A model generated the notes under the pieces. It did not search any database. It worked only from the letters and a program-made list of their open reading frames with translations, and was not told where the DNA came from. The position numbers and the translations under genes were made by a program. DNA of 63,924 nt, counting the filler, from Malassezia furfur (Eukaryota): NCBI GenBank assembly GCA_052055015.1. It is 4 parts of 4 records of this genome, joined end to end, with 100 filler letters (N's around TTAATTAATTAA, not from the genome) between each part and the next. Parts side by side here need not be neighbours in the genome. Positions count along the whole stretch, not along the records: positions 33,260 to 49,728 come from JBQJIT010000248.1; positions 49,829 to 63,924 come from JBQJIT010000293.1; 2 more parts are not named here. One strand, given 5' to 3'. Below are positions 44,578 to 54,993 of the stretch, one piece after another; position 1 is the stretch's first letter, and every line of letters begins with the position of its first letter.

Positions 44578-45555
44578 ATGTCGTACGCCGCGCGCAAGCC
44601 CCAGTCGCGCGCCGAGGCCGAGGCGAACGCCCGCACCCTGCGGAGCCTCGTAAAGCTCCCAGACAACAAGGTGTGCGCAGACTGCAAGCGGAACGACACG
44701 CGCTGGGCTTCGTGGAACATCGGGTGCTTCCTCTGCATCCGGTGCTCCGGCGTCCACCGCAGCATGGGCACCCACATCAGCCGCGTCAAGTCCATCGACC
44801 TCGACATGTGGACCACCGAGCAGATGGAGTCCGTGCAGCGCTGGGGGAACCGCCGCGTGAACCTCTACTGGGAGGCCAACCTCAAGCCGGGCCACATTCC
44901 GCCGGACCACAAAATCGAAAGCTTCATTCGGAGCAAGTACGAAAGCCGCCGCTGGGCCATGCCTGGACCGCCGCCTACGGATCCGTCGGTCCTTGACGGC
45001 GCGACGCCCGCACCCGCCGCCGCACCAGCTGCTGCACCAGCTGCTGCGCCGACGACGGCACCCGCCGCTGCTCTTCCCAAGACGCAGCGGACGCCGGCCG
45101 CGTCCAGCGCGTTGCTCGACTTTTTGTCGGACGAGCCAGCGCCTGCACCTGCCACGACACCGGCGCCAGTCGCTGCGAAGCCCGCAGCGACCGCAGCGGC
45201 CGCCTCGGCACCGGCGCCGACCGCTCCCAAGGCACGCGGCGGCGGCCTCTTTGATCTCGACTGGGACGAGAATCCCGTGCAGGCGGCGCCTTCTGCGCCT
45301 GCCAAGACTGGCAAGGGCAAGGAGGACATCCTGAGTCTCTTCTCGGCACCACCGCCCATGCGGCAATCGGACTCGCTCTTTGCGACCCCGGCGGCGCCCA
45401 CTGCCGACCTTCGGGCCAGCACGGCCGCTGCGCCGCGCACGGGCGGCACGGATATCTTTAACACGCAGGACATATGGGGTACGCCTGCGTCTGCGGACCC
45501 TCCGAAACCCAGTGCGAATGACGCCTTCGCGGATATCTGGGGCGAGTTCAAGTAG
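44578..45555 (+). CDS. ArfGAP (Age2/SMAP-like)
   Basis: CADCKRNDTRWASWNIGCFLCIRCSGVHRSMGTHISRVKS zinc finger and FIRSKYE. Confidence 0.9.
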   Translation: MSYAARKPQSRAEAEANARTLRSLVKLPDNKVCADCKRNDTRWASWNIGCFLCIRCSGVHRSMGTHISRVKSIDLDMWTTEQMESVQRWGNRRVNLYWEANLKPGHIPPDHKIESFIRSKYESRRWAMPGPPPTDPSVLDGATPAPAAAPAAAPAAAPTTAPAAALPKTQRTPAASSALLDFLSDEPAPAPATTPAPVAAKPAATAAAASAPAPTAPKARGGGLFDLDWDENPVQAAPSAPAKTGKGKEDILSLFSAPPPMRQSDSLFATPAAPTADLRASTAAAPRTGGTDIFNTQDIWGTPASADPPKPSANDAFADIWGEFK

Positions 45556-45669
45556 AGCGTCGATACCCTAGAGACCCACTCCGTAGCTCCGCCCGTATAT
45601 GCTGACTCAATCCTCGTTAAGAGATCCCTGCCCGATTTCGACTCTGCCTCTCAGGCAAATCCCGACTAA

Positions 45670-46120
45670 GACATAATAAAAATATTCTTATACAATGCAT
45701 ATATCGTTTTAAAAATTGCTAAACGCATATATATAAATTTAGTAGAAAAAAGAAATAAGTTTTACAGATAAAATTACTAGAACAAAAAATAAAAATAAAA
45801 TATTATGTACAGATAATCAAATAGTTACTATATCTTTTTAAAAAATTATAGTGAAGCTATAATATTATAGAATGAGTACCAAATATTTATATTATATTAT
45901 ATACTAATATTTTATAATATGTTAGTTTTCACAAATGTTATCAGTATTATAATGATTCAAACGTTTTTTTGGTATTAGATTATAATTTTGAATGTATACA
46001 GATTTATTATACGTATAAACTAAATTACATTCTGTAAAATATGGTGATTTCCATTATTTTATATTGGTCTTGATACAAATCATTTTCAATTTGATTTGAT
46101 ATATTTAAAGTTGAATTTCT
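45670..46120. other. AT-rich non-coding island, candidate centromere core
   Basis: Hand count gives 50 G+C in 45721-46020 (~17%) against visibly ~65-70% GC flanks. It is intergenic with no credible ORF. Confidence 0.65.
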
Positions 46121-46180
46121 TGCTTTCTGGAATCCGACTTGGACCGACGCGGGGTCTGTGTGTCCCTGCATCTCGCTCCC

Positions 46181-47724
46181 ATGGTGGAGGGCGGCGTGGA
46201 GATGAGCTCGGGCCCCAAGCCCGGCCACCTGCCTTGCCGGGTGAGTGACTTGACCTACCTGTACTGCTGGGTATGCTCTGAGGAAGAGGTGCGGTCGCCT
46301 GGCGGTACTCCTGTGAACCGGAGTAGCTCGAATGCCGCGTCGACGTCACGGTTTGTGCATCCGTGCAAGTGTTCGCTCGTGGCGCATGAAAAGGTACGTG
46401 GGGCAGGTGGGGTCCCCCCGCTAACTGCCAGTGTCTCTTGTCGTGGATCCGGCAATGTCGGCAGGACAAACCCGACACGGTGGTGTCGTGCCCGCAGTGC
46501 AAGACGCCGTACCAACTGGAGCAGCCGCGGTCGGTGCTGCTCCTGGTGCTGGAGCGGTGCAACAGGGCGATCCGGTCGCTGGTGCCCATGGGTGCGTCGC
46601 TGATTGCGGCCGGGGGTGTGTGGGTTGCGGCGACCGCGTACGGGTGTTTGGCGATCCGGCTGTTCCTGGGCCGGCATGCGGCGCGGCGCGCCCTGTCCGG
46701 GCGGTGGCCGTGGCACTACTGGATCGACATCCCCCTGATCCCCTTTATGCTGGTCGCGAGCCGGCTGCCGATCCTCGCCAACTTTTCGACGTGGCTTCCG
46801 ACGCTGGTTGCGCTGCCGATTGGGTCGGCGCCCGTGGCGCACCGGCGCGTGCTGCACATGTACCGGTACACGTCGCAGGCGGTGCTGCCGCGGACGTATC
46901 CCCCCAGCCCCGTGATGACGACGCTGCTGCTCCCGTGGTTGCGCGTGCTGTACCTCACGGTGAAGCGGCAGGTGTACCGCCGTGTGCTGGCGCGCCCCCG
47001 TGGAGCGCGTGGGGCGCGGCGCGGCGCGGCGGGCACGGTGCGTGGCGCGGACGGCGGGCGTGCGGGCGCGGCGACGCGCATGGTGCTGGTGGGCGACGAC
47101 GCGGCGGGTGCGCAGCTGCTGGATGCGGACGAGCCGGTCGAGGATACCTACGAGACGCTGGACGACGGGACGCTGGCCCCCCACGGCGCGTGGCCGGCGG
47201 AGCAGGGTGTGCCGCTGGACGAGCTCGAGTTCCAGGTGCTGGAGGACGACGCGATGCCGCCGGCGATCTTTGTGAGTTTCTACAGCGTGTCGAAGCTGCT
47301 GGTGCAGTCGCTTGCGTTCCCGTTCGTGGCGAGCTGGATGGGCGGGCTGCTGGGCGTGATGGCGCGCACGAGTGCGGTGCTGCGGCGTGTGCTGGGGATG
47401 GCGCCCGGCGCGGCGGCGGGCGACGTGGGCCGCACGCGGTGGATCGATGTGCTGTGGCTGCACCCGACGGGCGCGGAGGCGGACGTGCCCGTGCTGGCGG
47501 ACGGCGTGGGCCCCGTGTGGCTGGACGACGTGGGCGCCGTGTACGACGACCTGGACCCCGTGTGGTGGCGCAACGCGGTGGGCGGTGCGCTGTACCTTGT
47601 GCTGAAGGACGCGGGGGTGCTGCTGTACCGCTACCTGCGGCAGGAGCAGCGGCGGCGGCAGCGGCTGCGGGACCTGCCGTTCAGCGAGGGCGTCGCGCGC
47701 GAGCTGCTGGCGTCGCACCCGTAG
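46181..47724 (+). CDS. RING-CH (MARCH-type) membrane E3 ubiquitin ligase; intron 46394-46431
   Basis: CWVC...HPCKCSLVAHEK|CLLSWI...CPQCKTPY, several transmembrane segments and WRNAVGGALYLVLKD (MARCH5-like). Confidence 0.82.
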
Positions 47725-47974
47725 GCGTGCAGTTGATCTCGATTCGTACGGCTATGCATGGCGAGTTTGCTATAGCTAGGGGGCGTTGCGCGCGAGCTGC
47801 TGGCGTCGCATCCGTAGGCGTGCAGGGAGATGTTGGTTCGTACGGCTATGCCATGGCGAGTTTGCTATAGCTAGGGGCGTGGCGCGCGAGCTGCTGGCGT
47901 CGCACCCATCGTAGTGCAGTTGATCTCGATTCGTTACGGCTATGCCATGGCGAGTTTGCTATAGCTGGGGGGCG
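47688..47974. repeat. Three diverged ~94-bp tandem copies of the MARCH/NEO1 3'-end junction
   Basis: Unit GGGCGT.GCGCGCGAGCTGCTGGCGTCGCA...CGGCTATGC(C)ATGGCGAGTTTGCTATAGCT(A)GG starts at 47688, 47781 and 47875. Confidence 0.93.
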
Positions 47975-49728
47975 CAACGCGCGCATGCACGGCCTTGATG
48001 ACATACAGCGGGAAGCTGCTGACGAGCACGATGATGAGCGTCTTCCACCAGAAGCTGTACGTCAGCACAAAGTCGAGGTCGAAGTACTCCGGGAGGAGCA
48101 CCATGCTGAAGCAGTACAGGAGGAGCGTCGCGATCTCGGAGAGCACCATGTACGCGTGCCACGTGGTGATTTCGAGCGCGACCATGATGAGCTCGTTGAG
48201 GACGAGCGCGGTGAAGGAGATGCCGACAATGTTCAGGAACTCGTTCTCGAACAGGAGGAGGCTGGCGATCATGATCGCCCCTCCTTGGTACACGCTGATC
48301 AGGAGCCAGATGGTGAACGTCTTGCCGCTCAGGCTGCGCCCCTTGGTGAGGTCGCGGTACAGCTCGGGGTACAGCAGCGCGAGGTCTTCGCTCACGTCGC
48401 GGTCGAGCACGAGGGAGAAGACGGGCGCCATCGTGTAGACGGTGGCGTAGCCGACCATGAGCCAGCCCTGGTAGAGCGCGATCGGCGCAAAGTAGAAGAT
48501 CGACGAGAACACCGCCTGGATGATGGAGATGATCAGCCCGCGGTGGATGACGAACTGCGCGAGCTTGGCGCTGCGCTGGTACGAGTTGCGCCCGTGCCAC
48601 AGGAGGAGCTTGCTGAGGTAGCTGAAGCGCTCCACCGAGAAGTCGGCGGCGAGCGACGCCTGGCGCCCCTCCTTGCCGACGATGCCGATGCCAATGTTCG
48701 CCGCCTGGATCATCGACACGTCGTTGCCGCCGTCGCCGATGCAGCACACCTGCTTGCGCGTGTGCGCACGGATGAGGCGCGTGATGTCCGCCTTCTGCGT
48801 CGGCGAGCAGCGGCACGCGACGACGACCGGGAGCTGCGTCGCGAGCTCGATGAACTCGGTGGCAAAGTACGTGCACAGAAACTGCAGCGACGCGCCGTCC
48901 ACGACGAGGCACGCGTCCGGCTTCGCCTGGAGGAGCACGAGCGTGTCACGTGCCTCGGCGCGCGACGCGAGGTTCGCCACCGCGTGGATGTACTGGTTGC
49001 GCGCGACGAGCTTGGTCGAGATGGCGATGCACGTCGCGGTCTCGATCTTGTCGCCCGTGAGCATCCAGATCTTGATGTTGGCGTTGCGCAGGAGCTCGAT
49101 GGTGGTCTTGACGCCCTCCTGCAGCTTGTCCTCGACGCCCGTCAGGCCGAGCAGCTCCATGTTCTGCTCGAGGTGCTGCGCGACGACCGCGGCCATCGCC
49201 GCGTCGCGCCCCTCGACGCGCACGCGCGCCGCGGCGTACGCGCGCTCGAACAGGCGCCAGCTCTCCTTGCTGAGGCGCAGGCGCGCGACGACGAGCGTGC
49301 GCAGTCCCTCGCGCGCCATGTTGCCGCACTCCTCGTCGAGCCAGTCGTTGTGCGTGACGATGCGGCTCATCACGACGTCCGCGCCCTTCAGGTAGAAGCT
49401 GATCTCGCCCGTGCGCCGGTCGCGCACGACGATGCCCATGCGCTTGCGCTCCGACGTGAACGGGAACAGCTCGAGGATGTCGAACCACAGCGCGCCGCCG
49501 CCCGGCGTGCGCAGCTCGAGCGCGTGCTGGTCGCGCGCGACGAGCGCCACGCCGAGCTGCTCCGTGTACCGCACGAGCGCCACCTCGTCCGGGCTGCTCG
49601 CCTGGTACGTCACGCCGCCGTCCTCGTCGACGATCGGCGTCACGTTGTGGCACACCGCGAGCGCGAGCACCGCGTCGCTCACGCGCGCGCCCAGGTCGCG
49701 CCAGCGCGCGCGCGGCTTCGGCGCCGCG
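47940..49728 (-). CDS. NEO1: P4-ATPase phospholipid flippase Neo1 (C-terminal half; 5' part beyond contig)
   Basis: [58 protein letters not shown] and PPSYSKL. Confidence 0.93.
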
Positions 49729-49828
49729 NNNNNNNNNNNNNNNNNNNNNNNNNNNNNNNNNNNNNNNNNNNNTTAATTAATTAANNNNNNNNNNNNNNNN
49801 NNNNNNNNNNNNNNNNNNNNNNNNNNNN
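49729..49828. other. Artificial contig spacer
   Basis: N44-TTAATTAATTAA-N44. Confidence 0.97.
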
Positions 49829-50895
49829 GCCGCAAGCGCCGCGACTCGGCCAACGCGCGGCCGTCGCACCCGCCGCCCGCCCCATCGTCGTTCTATGTGG
49901 GCTTCTCGAACAACCCAGGCAAATTTGCCACCGACTCGTGGGTCGCCAAGGCGGGCGACGCGCCGGCCTCGACCTCGTTTGAGACGCCCACTGCCCCGCC
50001 GCCCGTCACGGCGCCGTCCGCGCAGCGTACGCCGGTTGCCGAGCGCACGCGCGCCGCGAGCTACCTGTCGCCAAGCAGCAGCCGCTCGCAGCCGGCCAAG
50101 TCGGCGCTCAAGGGCAGCAAGGGCACGGCGGCCACGACGCCCAAGCGCCTCTCGATGCAGGACGCGCCCAAGGACGAGCCCGGGCTCAGCCTTGACTTGG
50201 ACAACCGGTTCGACGGCACGGGCCACATCGACTTTGAGCTCGCCGAGATGATCTCGACGGGCATGTCGCCCACCAAGGAGACGCCCTCGGCCCCGGCCGC
50301 CTCGGCGGCGCCCTCGGCTCCGGCCGCCTCCACCGCCGCCTCCACCGAGGCGTCGGGCACCGAGGCGTTCCGCAGCATGGTCGCCAGCGAGCAGCCCGGC
50401 GGCCACCAGGGCCTGGCGCCGCCGCTCGTGGGCCTGCCCAGCTTCTACACGGCGGCCGCCTCCACGAGCCCGGTCGCGACGCCCGCCGCCGAGACGCCCG
50501 CCCCGGTACAGGCCCCGGCGCCGGTCGCGGCATCGCCCAACGCGCGCAAGAGCGTGCGCATCGAGAGCGACGAGCCCGTGGCACATGCCCCGGTGGCTCG
50601 CGACGACGATGACGACGACGACGACGTGCTCGCTGGCGGACGCCCGCGCAGCTCGTGGAGCACGCGCATCGGCACGCGCGAAGACTCGAGCGACGAAGAG
50701 ACCGAGTCCGGCAACCCCGACGGCTACAAGAACGCGCGCAAGGCATTTGGCAGTGCGACGCGGCACCTTGGCCTCGCCACCGGCACCATTCAGCCCAAGT
50801 CGGAAGCACGAAAGAAAAAGAGCAAGGCCCTCGACTACAATCCCTCCGTCCAGCTCCCGGCGGGACTTCATAGCATTGCCCGCAGCCGTCACTAG
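49829..50895 (+). CDS. C-terminal part of a low-complexity hypothetical protein (5' truncated)
   Basis: The frame is open from the contig start to the TAG at 50895 with coding-like codon bias. Confidence 0.62.
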
Positions 50896-51037
50896 CCGAA
50901 GAACGAGACTTGCTACGAAGATGATCACTCATTAAGGTCGCCTCCCCGGATGGCGTGCGGCCGGCCCGGGGGTAGGGGCGGGGATGTCGGACACGAGGTG
51001 CCGTTCCAGTGCCCCGCTTCGGGCCAAGTGCGGCCAC

Positions 51038-51343
51038 TTATGCGATCGAGTCCGTCGCGAGCGCACCAGCCTGGCGCTCGGCAGCGACACGGCGCACGTA
51101 CGTCGAGCTCACAATGTTGAAGGCCTCAAAGTAGCGCTCGAGGCAACGCTCCGTGCACGTCTGCTCCTTGCCGGTGAAGCTCGTGCCCGGCGACGGGACA
51201 CACTTCAGGTAGCACTTCTCGGTCGCCTTGCTGATGAGCTGCTGCGCATTCGCCATCGCGACCTCGGCCGCGACGCGCTGCTTGAGCGCATCCTTGGTCT
51301 CCGCAGAAGACGCCGCGGGCTTGCTGCTGCCAAAGAGCTCCAT
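51038..51343 (-). CDS. TIM13: Small Tim chaperone Tim13
   Basis: EVAMANAQQLISK, twin CX3C (CYLKC...CTERC) and AFNIVSSTYVRR. Confidence 0.92.
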   Translation of the reverse strand: MELFGSSKPAASSAETKDALKQRVAAEVAMANAQQLISKATEKCYLKCVPSPGTSFTGKEQTCTERCLERYFEAFNIVSSTYVRRVAAERQAGALATDSIA

Positions 51344-51401
51344 CGTGGTGCAAGAAACGCCGCCGATCTTCGTGCCACGTGGGGGAATTTGTCCACGAAC
51401 C

Positions 51402-52430
51402 ATGTTCGAGCGCCAGGTGATCCGTATGTGTCTCGCTCACAGCAGAGGCGGTGTCGCGCCTCTCACGGTGGTTTCTGGCCGCAGGGTGCAAGCGTGTGCG
51501 CACGCACGGTGTCGACCGCTTCGTCCGCGTGCTCAACGACAAACAGCGCATCGCGGAAGGCCGCGGCGTCCTGACCTGTACGTGCTCTGCTCACCCCAGA
51601 CAGCAACCACATCTCGGTGTACGTGGACCGCTCTCACACAGGCTGGATGAACCACTCGTCTGGGGCGCACTCCCTGCTGCGCTCTTCCGCGATCCATATT
51701 CCACGCGCTGGAGCCTCGGCGCGAGCGACATCATTTTCAAAAACGCGTACGTCATTGCATAGACTCACGCAGCGCCATGTCCGCCTTCTTTAACAAGGGC
51801 CAGACGCTCGAGACCTTCCGTGGACGCGGCATCTTCCAGCCGGCTATCAACACGGCCATTGCCAAGCTGGGGGAGACGCGCTGGGTGCACTTGTTCCCGG
51901 AAGGCGCTGTGAATCTGACACAGTCGACGCGCATGCGCCGCTTCAAGTGGGGCGTCGCGCGCCTCATCCTCGAGGCACCCAAGACACCCGTCGTCGTCCC
52001 CTTGTGGCTCACCGGCTTTGACCAGGTGATGCCAGAGCACCGCCGTGCACCGCGCTTCCTGCCGCGGCTTGGCGCTGACATCACCGTCTCGTTCGGCGAG
52101 CCCATCGCACCTGCACTTCTCCAACCCTACGTCGACCTGTATACCCAGCGGGAGCACATGAGTGTCGACGATGTTGCACACGCACTCCCCGCCCTCTCGT
52201 CGCGCACGTCGTCCGACGACTTGTACCCCACACGTCCTGCGACGCTGCGTCCGGAGGATTCGCCGACGTACGCGGCGCTGCGCAGCCACCTCGCCGCATT
52301 CCTTCGCGAGGAGCTTGCGCGCGTCGGCGACGACGCCACGCATCGCTTCGGTCTCGGGCCCAGCGAGAAACAGCTTGCACACCGCGCCGACTTGATCGGA
52401 AGCGACTACAAGACCGACGTGCCTACGTAG
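51402..52430 (+). CDS. TAZ1: Tafazzin (monolysocardiolipin acyltransferase); four short introns
   Basis: Spliced LTYSNHISVLDEPLVWG, RWSLGASDIIF, WVHLFPEG and FKWGVARLILE. Confidence 0.9.
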
Positions 52431-54849
52431 TTGGCAACACACGTTCCAGCACCTCGTTGAGCCGCGGCGCAGGCGCTGCCGCATCGGGGTGCAAGGTGCG
52501 CCATAGCGCCGATGACACCGCACCCTCGGGGTCGTCCAGCAGTGTGTACAGCGGCTCGTCGTGCGGCGACGCTGGCGTCGGGCCGACGTCCACCTGCGCA
52601 AGGTGCTCGCCGACTCGCTCGAGCAACTCGAGCAAGCCGCCAGTGAGTGGCCGCACAACGTCCGTCTTGACGTACTCGACCAGCGACGTCGGCAGGGTGT
52701 CGACCCGTGACGGCGCCGGCACCGCTGCACCCTCTTCGTGCTTGGGCAGCGCATCGCCCTCTTCCGAGGTCTCGCGCTTGATCGTGGCGGGCGCCGGCGA
52801 CTCAGGCTCGGACTTCACGGCCGAGGCTCGTGTGACGGGCGCACACGATGCCGCGGCGCCGCCCACAAACTCGGCGATGGAGCGCACAAATGCCATGCCT
52901 TGTACACCACCGTAGACAACCTCCAGCAGACGCTCCGCCTCTTGGGCACCCTGCATCGAGATTTGCAGCGCCGCAGGCAGCTGCCGAAGCGAGGTACGCG
53001 GTACATACTGTGCGGTGCGTGGCAGACCCAGCGAGCTGTACGGCATCACACGTAGATGCTCACGCAGGGCATCGGTCAGATGCGTGCCAGCGACTTGCGC
53101 AAAGGGGCGCAGACCACGCCCATCCGTGGTGGATGCAGCCCACGCGGGGAAATTGGTATACAGCCCGACATCCGCGGCGCCCAGCAGGCGCTGCAAGTGC
53201 GGACGGAAAAACGTCCAGTTTTGCTCGTCGCGCTCCTGCTCCAGCTCACGCTCGCGGCGGTTCAAGCGCAGGCCGGACTGCAGCGGGTCCTGAATCGGCG
53301 GCGGCGGCGCGACCGGCCATACGGGACGCAGCCCCCGCGCCTCGTTTGGCGTTGCGGTGCCTTGCGCAAGGCCCGGGGGCGGCGGTGCACCGGCCACGGC
53401 AAACGGAAGCAGACGGTCCTTGGGCGGTACGCTGGTGCCCTGGAACGTGTGGCTCCAGTTTTCCTCGCTTGGCCCGGGCTGTGCCAGCGTCGCAGCACTC
53501 AGTGGGTCAGGGCGGCCCGGCTGCACGGAGGGAAACACGAAGCTTGCCTCGGCTTGGGGGTTGTTCGCGTTCGGCATGGCGAGCGACATGGGCAGATGCC
53601 GCAGCGACTCGATGCGGGGGCAAACAAGCGCCGCCGGTCCCAGCGCCTGTGCCATGTACTCGTACGTATTCGCGAGTCGTGCGGGGTCGAGCGACCCGTC
53701 GTCCACGTAGGTATAATTCTGCACCGGCAACGCTTCGTCATTTGTCTCGCCCTGGTTCTGGGCCCCGCTTGATTCAGCGAGGAAACTCGGGATCGGGCCG
53801 AGTCGCACCTTGGGTTTTTCCTGCATGCGTGCTGCACACGCACTCTTGCCTGTAAGCGTGTGCGGCGAGACACCGGCGTACGCCAGCGTGCGCCGGAAGA
53901 GGCGTGTCTCGTACGTGTCCGGCACACCGGCCGGCGGTGTTGCTGACCACGGCGTGCTCCGTGCACTGCCGATCCGCACCGTGCGTCGTCCGCCGGACTC
54001 GGATGCATATGGGCTGCCCGGGCCGAGCTCGTCGCCGCCGCCCGCTCCAGCAGACGCATCGCGGCGCGTACGCTCCATCGTCCGCCGCCGCCCACGACGT
54101 GATGCAGTGGGTGCGGGCCGAGGCGGTGCTTCAGCGACAAAGGCATCATCGTCGACCACACTCAGCCCCTCCCGCTCGATGGCTCGAACTCCCCACGTCT
54201 CGAGACGCCGCGCAGCGGTGTGATAAATCGAGGTCGGCGGGTTGAATGTCTGTGCATTTTGCGTGATTAACAAAAAGTCGTGCCGAAAGGTATCCATGTT
54301 TGTATAGTACTGCTCCGCCAGCCGCTTCTCCATGGTGCCGAGATCCATGGGGTGCTTAATGACCTCCCGGTAGCCAGGCACTTCGTCAGCATTGACCGGC
54401 TCGTGGAAGAACTGGTATGGGTCGCGTCTGGGTTAGAAACCATAGACCTACTTTTTAAACGCGGCGAGCAGCGACTCGAGCGCCGCACGCAGAGGTTTTG
54501 CTCGCAGCTGCTTAATCGGCCGCTTGCGCTTCTCACCCACTGCTGGTGCTGATGGCGTGCCAGGCGCCGGAGATGCAGATGGTGTTGTACGGCTAGTCGC
54601 AGGCTGTGCATCGGTATCTGTGCCCTCGTCCAGCGCGGATGTGTCGCGCTTGAGTTTGATCTTGGGCCGCACGCTTGTCTGCGACATCCCGAGTGCCTCG
54701 TTTCCGTCATCACTGGACAGCGCCGCGTCACTGTCTTCGGCACCGGATGCTGCATCCCCTGCCCATGACGGGCTCGATGGCTCATCACGTCCATACTCGT
54801 CGCGGCTGCCGACCGACGACGGCGACGACGGGGTCGCTGCCAGGCTCAT
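52423..54849 (-). CDS. Bromodomain protein (BRD7/BRD9-like); one 24-nt intron
   Basis: KK|RDPYQFFHEPVNADEVPGYREVIKHPMDLGTM...NAQTFNPPTSIYHTAARRL. Confidence 0.8.
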
Positions 54850-54993
54850 CCTCCAGGGATCGAGGCGCGAACACTCGCTTAGTCATCTGCACTTGATCTT
54901 CCAGCCAGCACCATTTGGGGTCTTGCGCGCCTGTCTGTACGCGCGTCGTCCGTGGTAGGGGCGTGTCTGCGACGAAGTAGCCAGGTACGCACA

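Noticed and set aside
6127..46120. DAD3, SIR2, GCN5 and FUN30 as a chromatin cluster around the putative centromere
   Set aside because: DAD3 and SIR2 are on another contig. GCN5 and FUN30 proximity is compatible with chance in a gene-dense genome.
46025..46228. 67-aa minus-strand ORF extending into the AT island
   Set aside because: Short, spans a compositional boundary and has no recognisable homology, so it is likely spurious.
47688..47974. CRISPR-like array
   Set aside because: The units are whole tandem duplicates of gene ends with no unique spacers, in a eukaryotic context with no cas genes.
16544..49828. Identical TTAATTAATTAA motifs recurring every ~16.6 kb
   Set aside because: Artificial six-frame-stop linkers inside N runs. 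The internal contigs are 16516 and 16469 nt, consistent with size-sorted concatenation.
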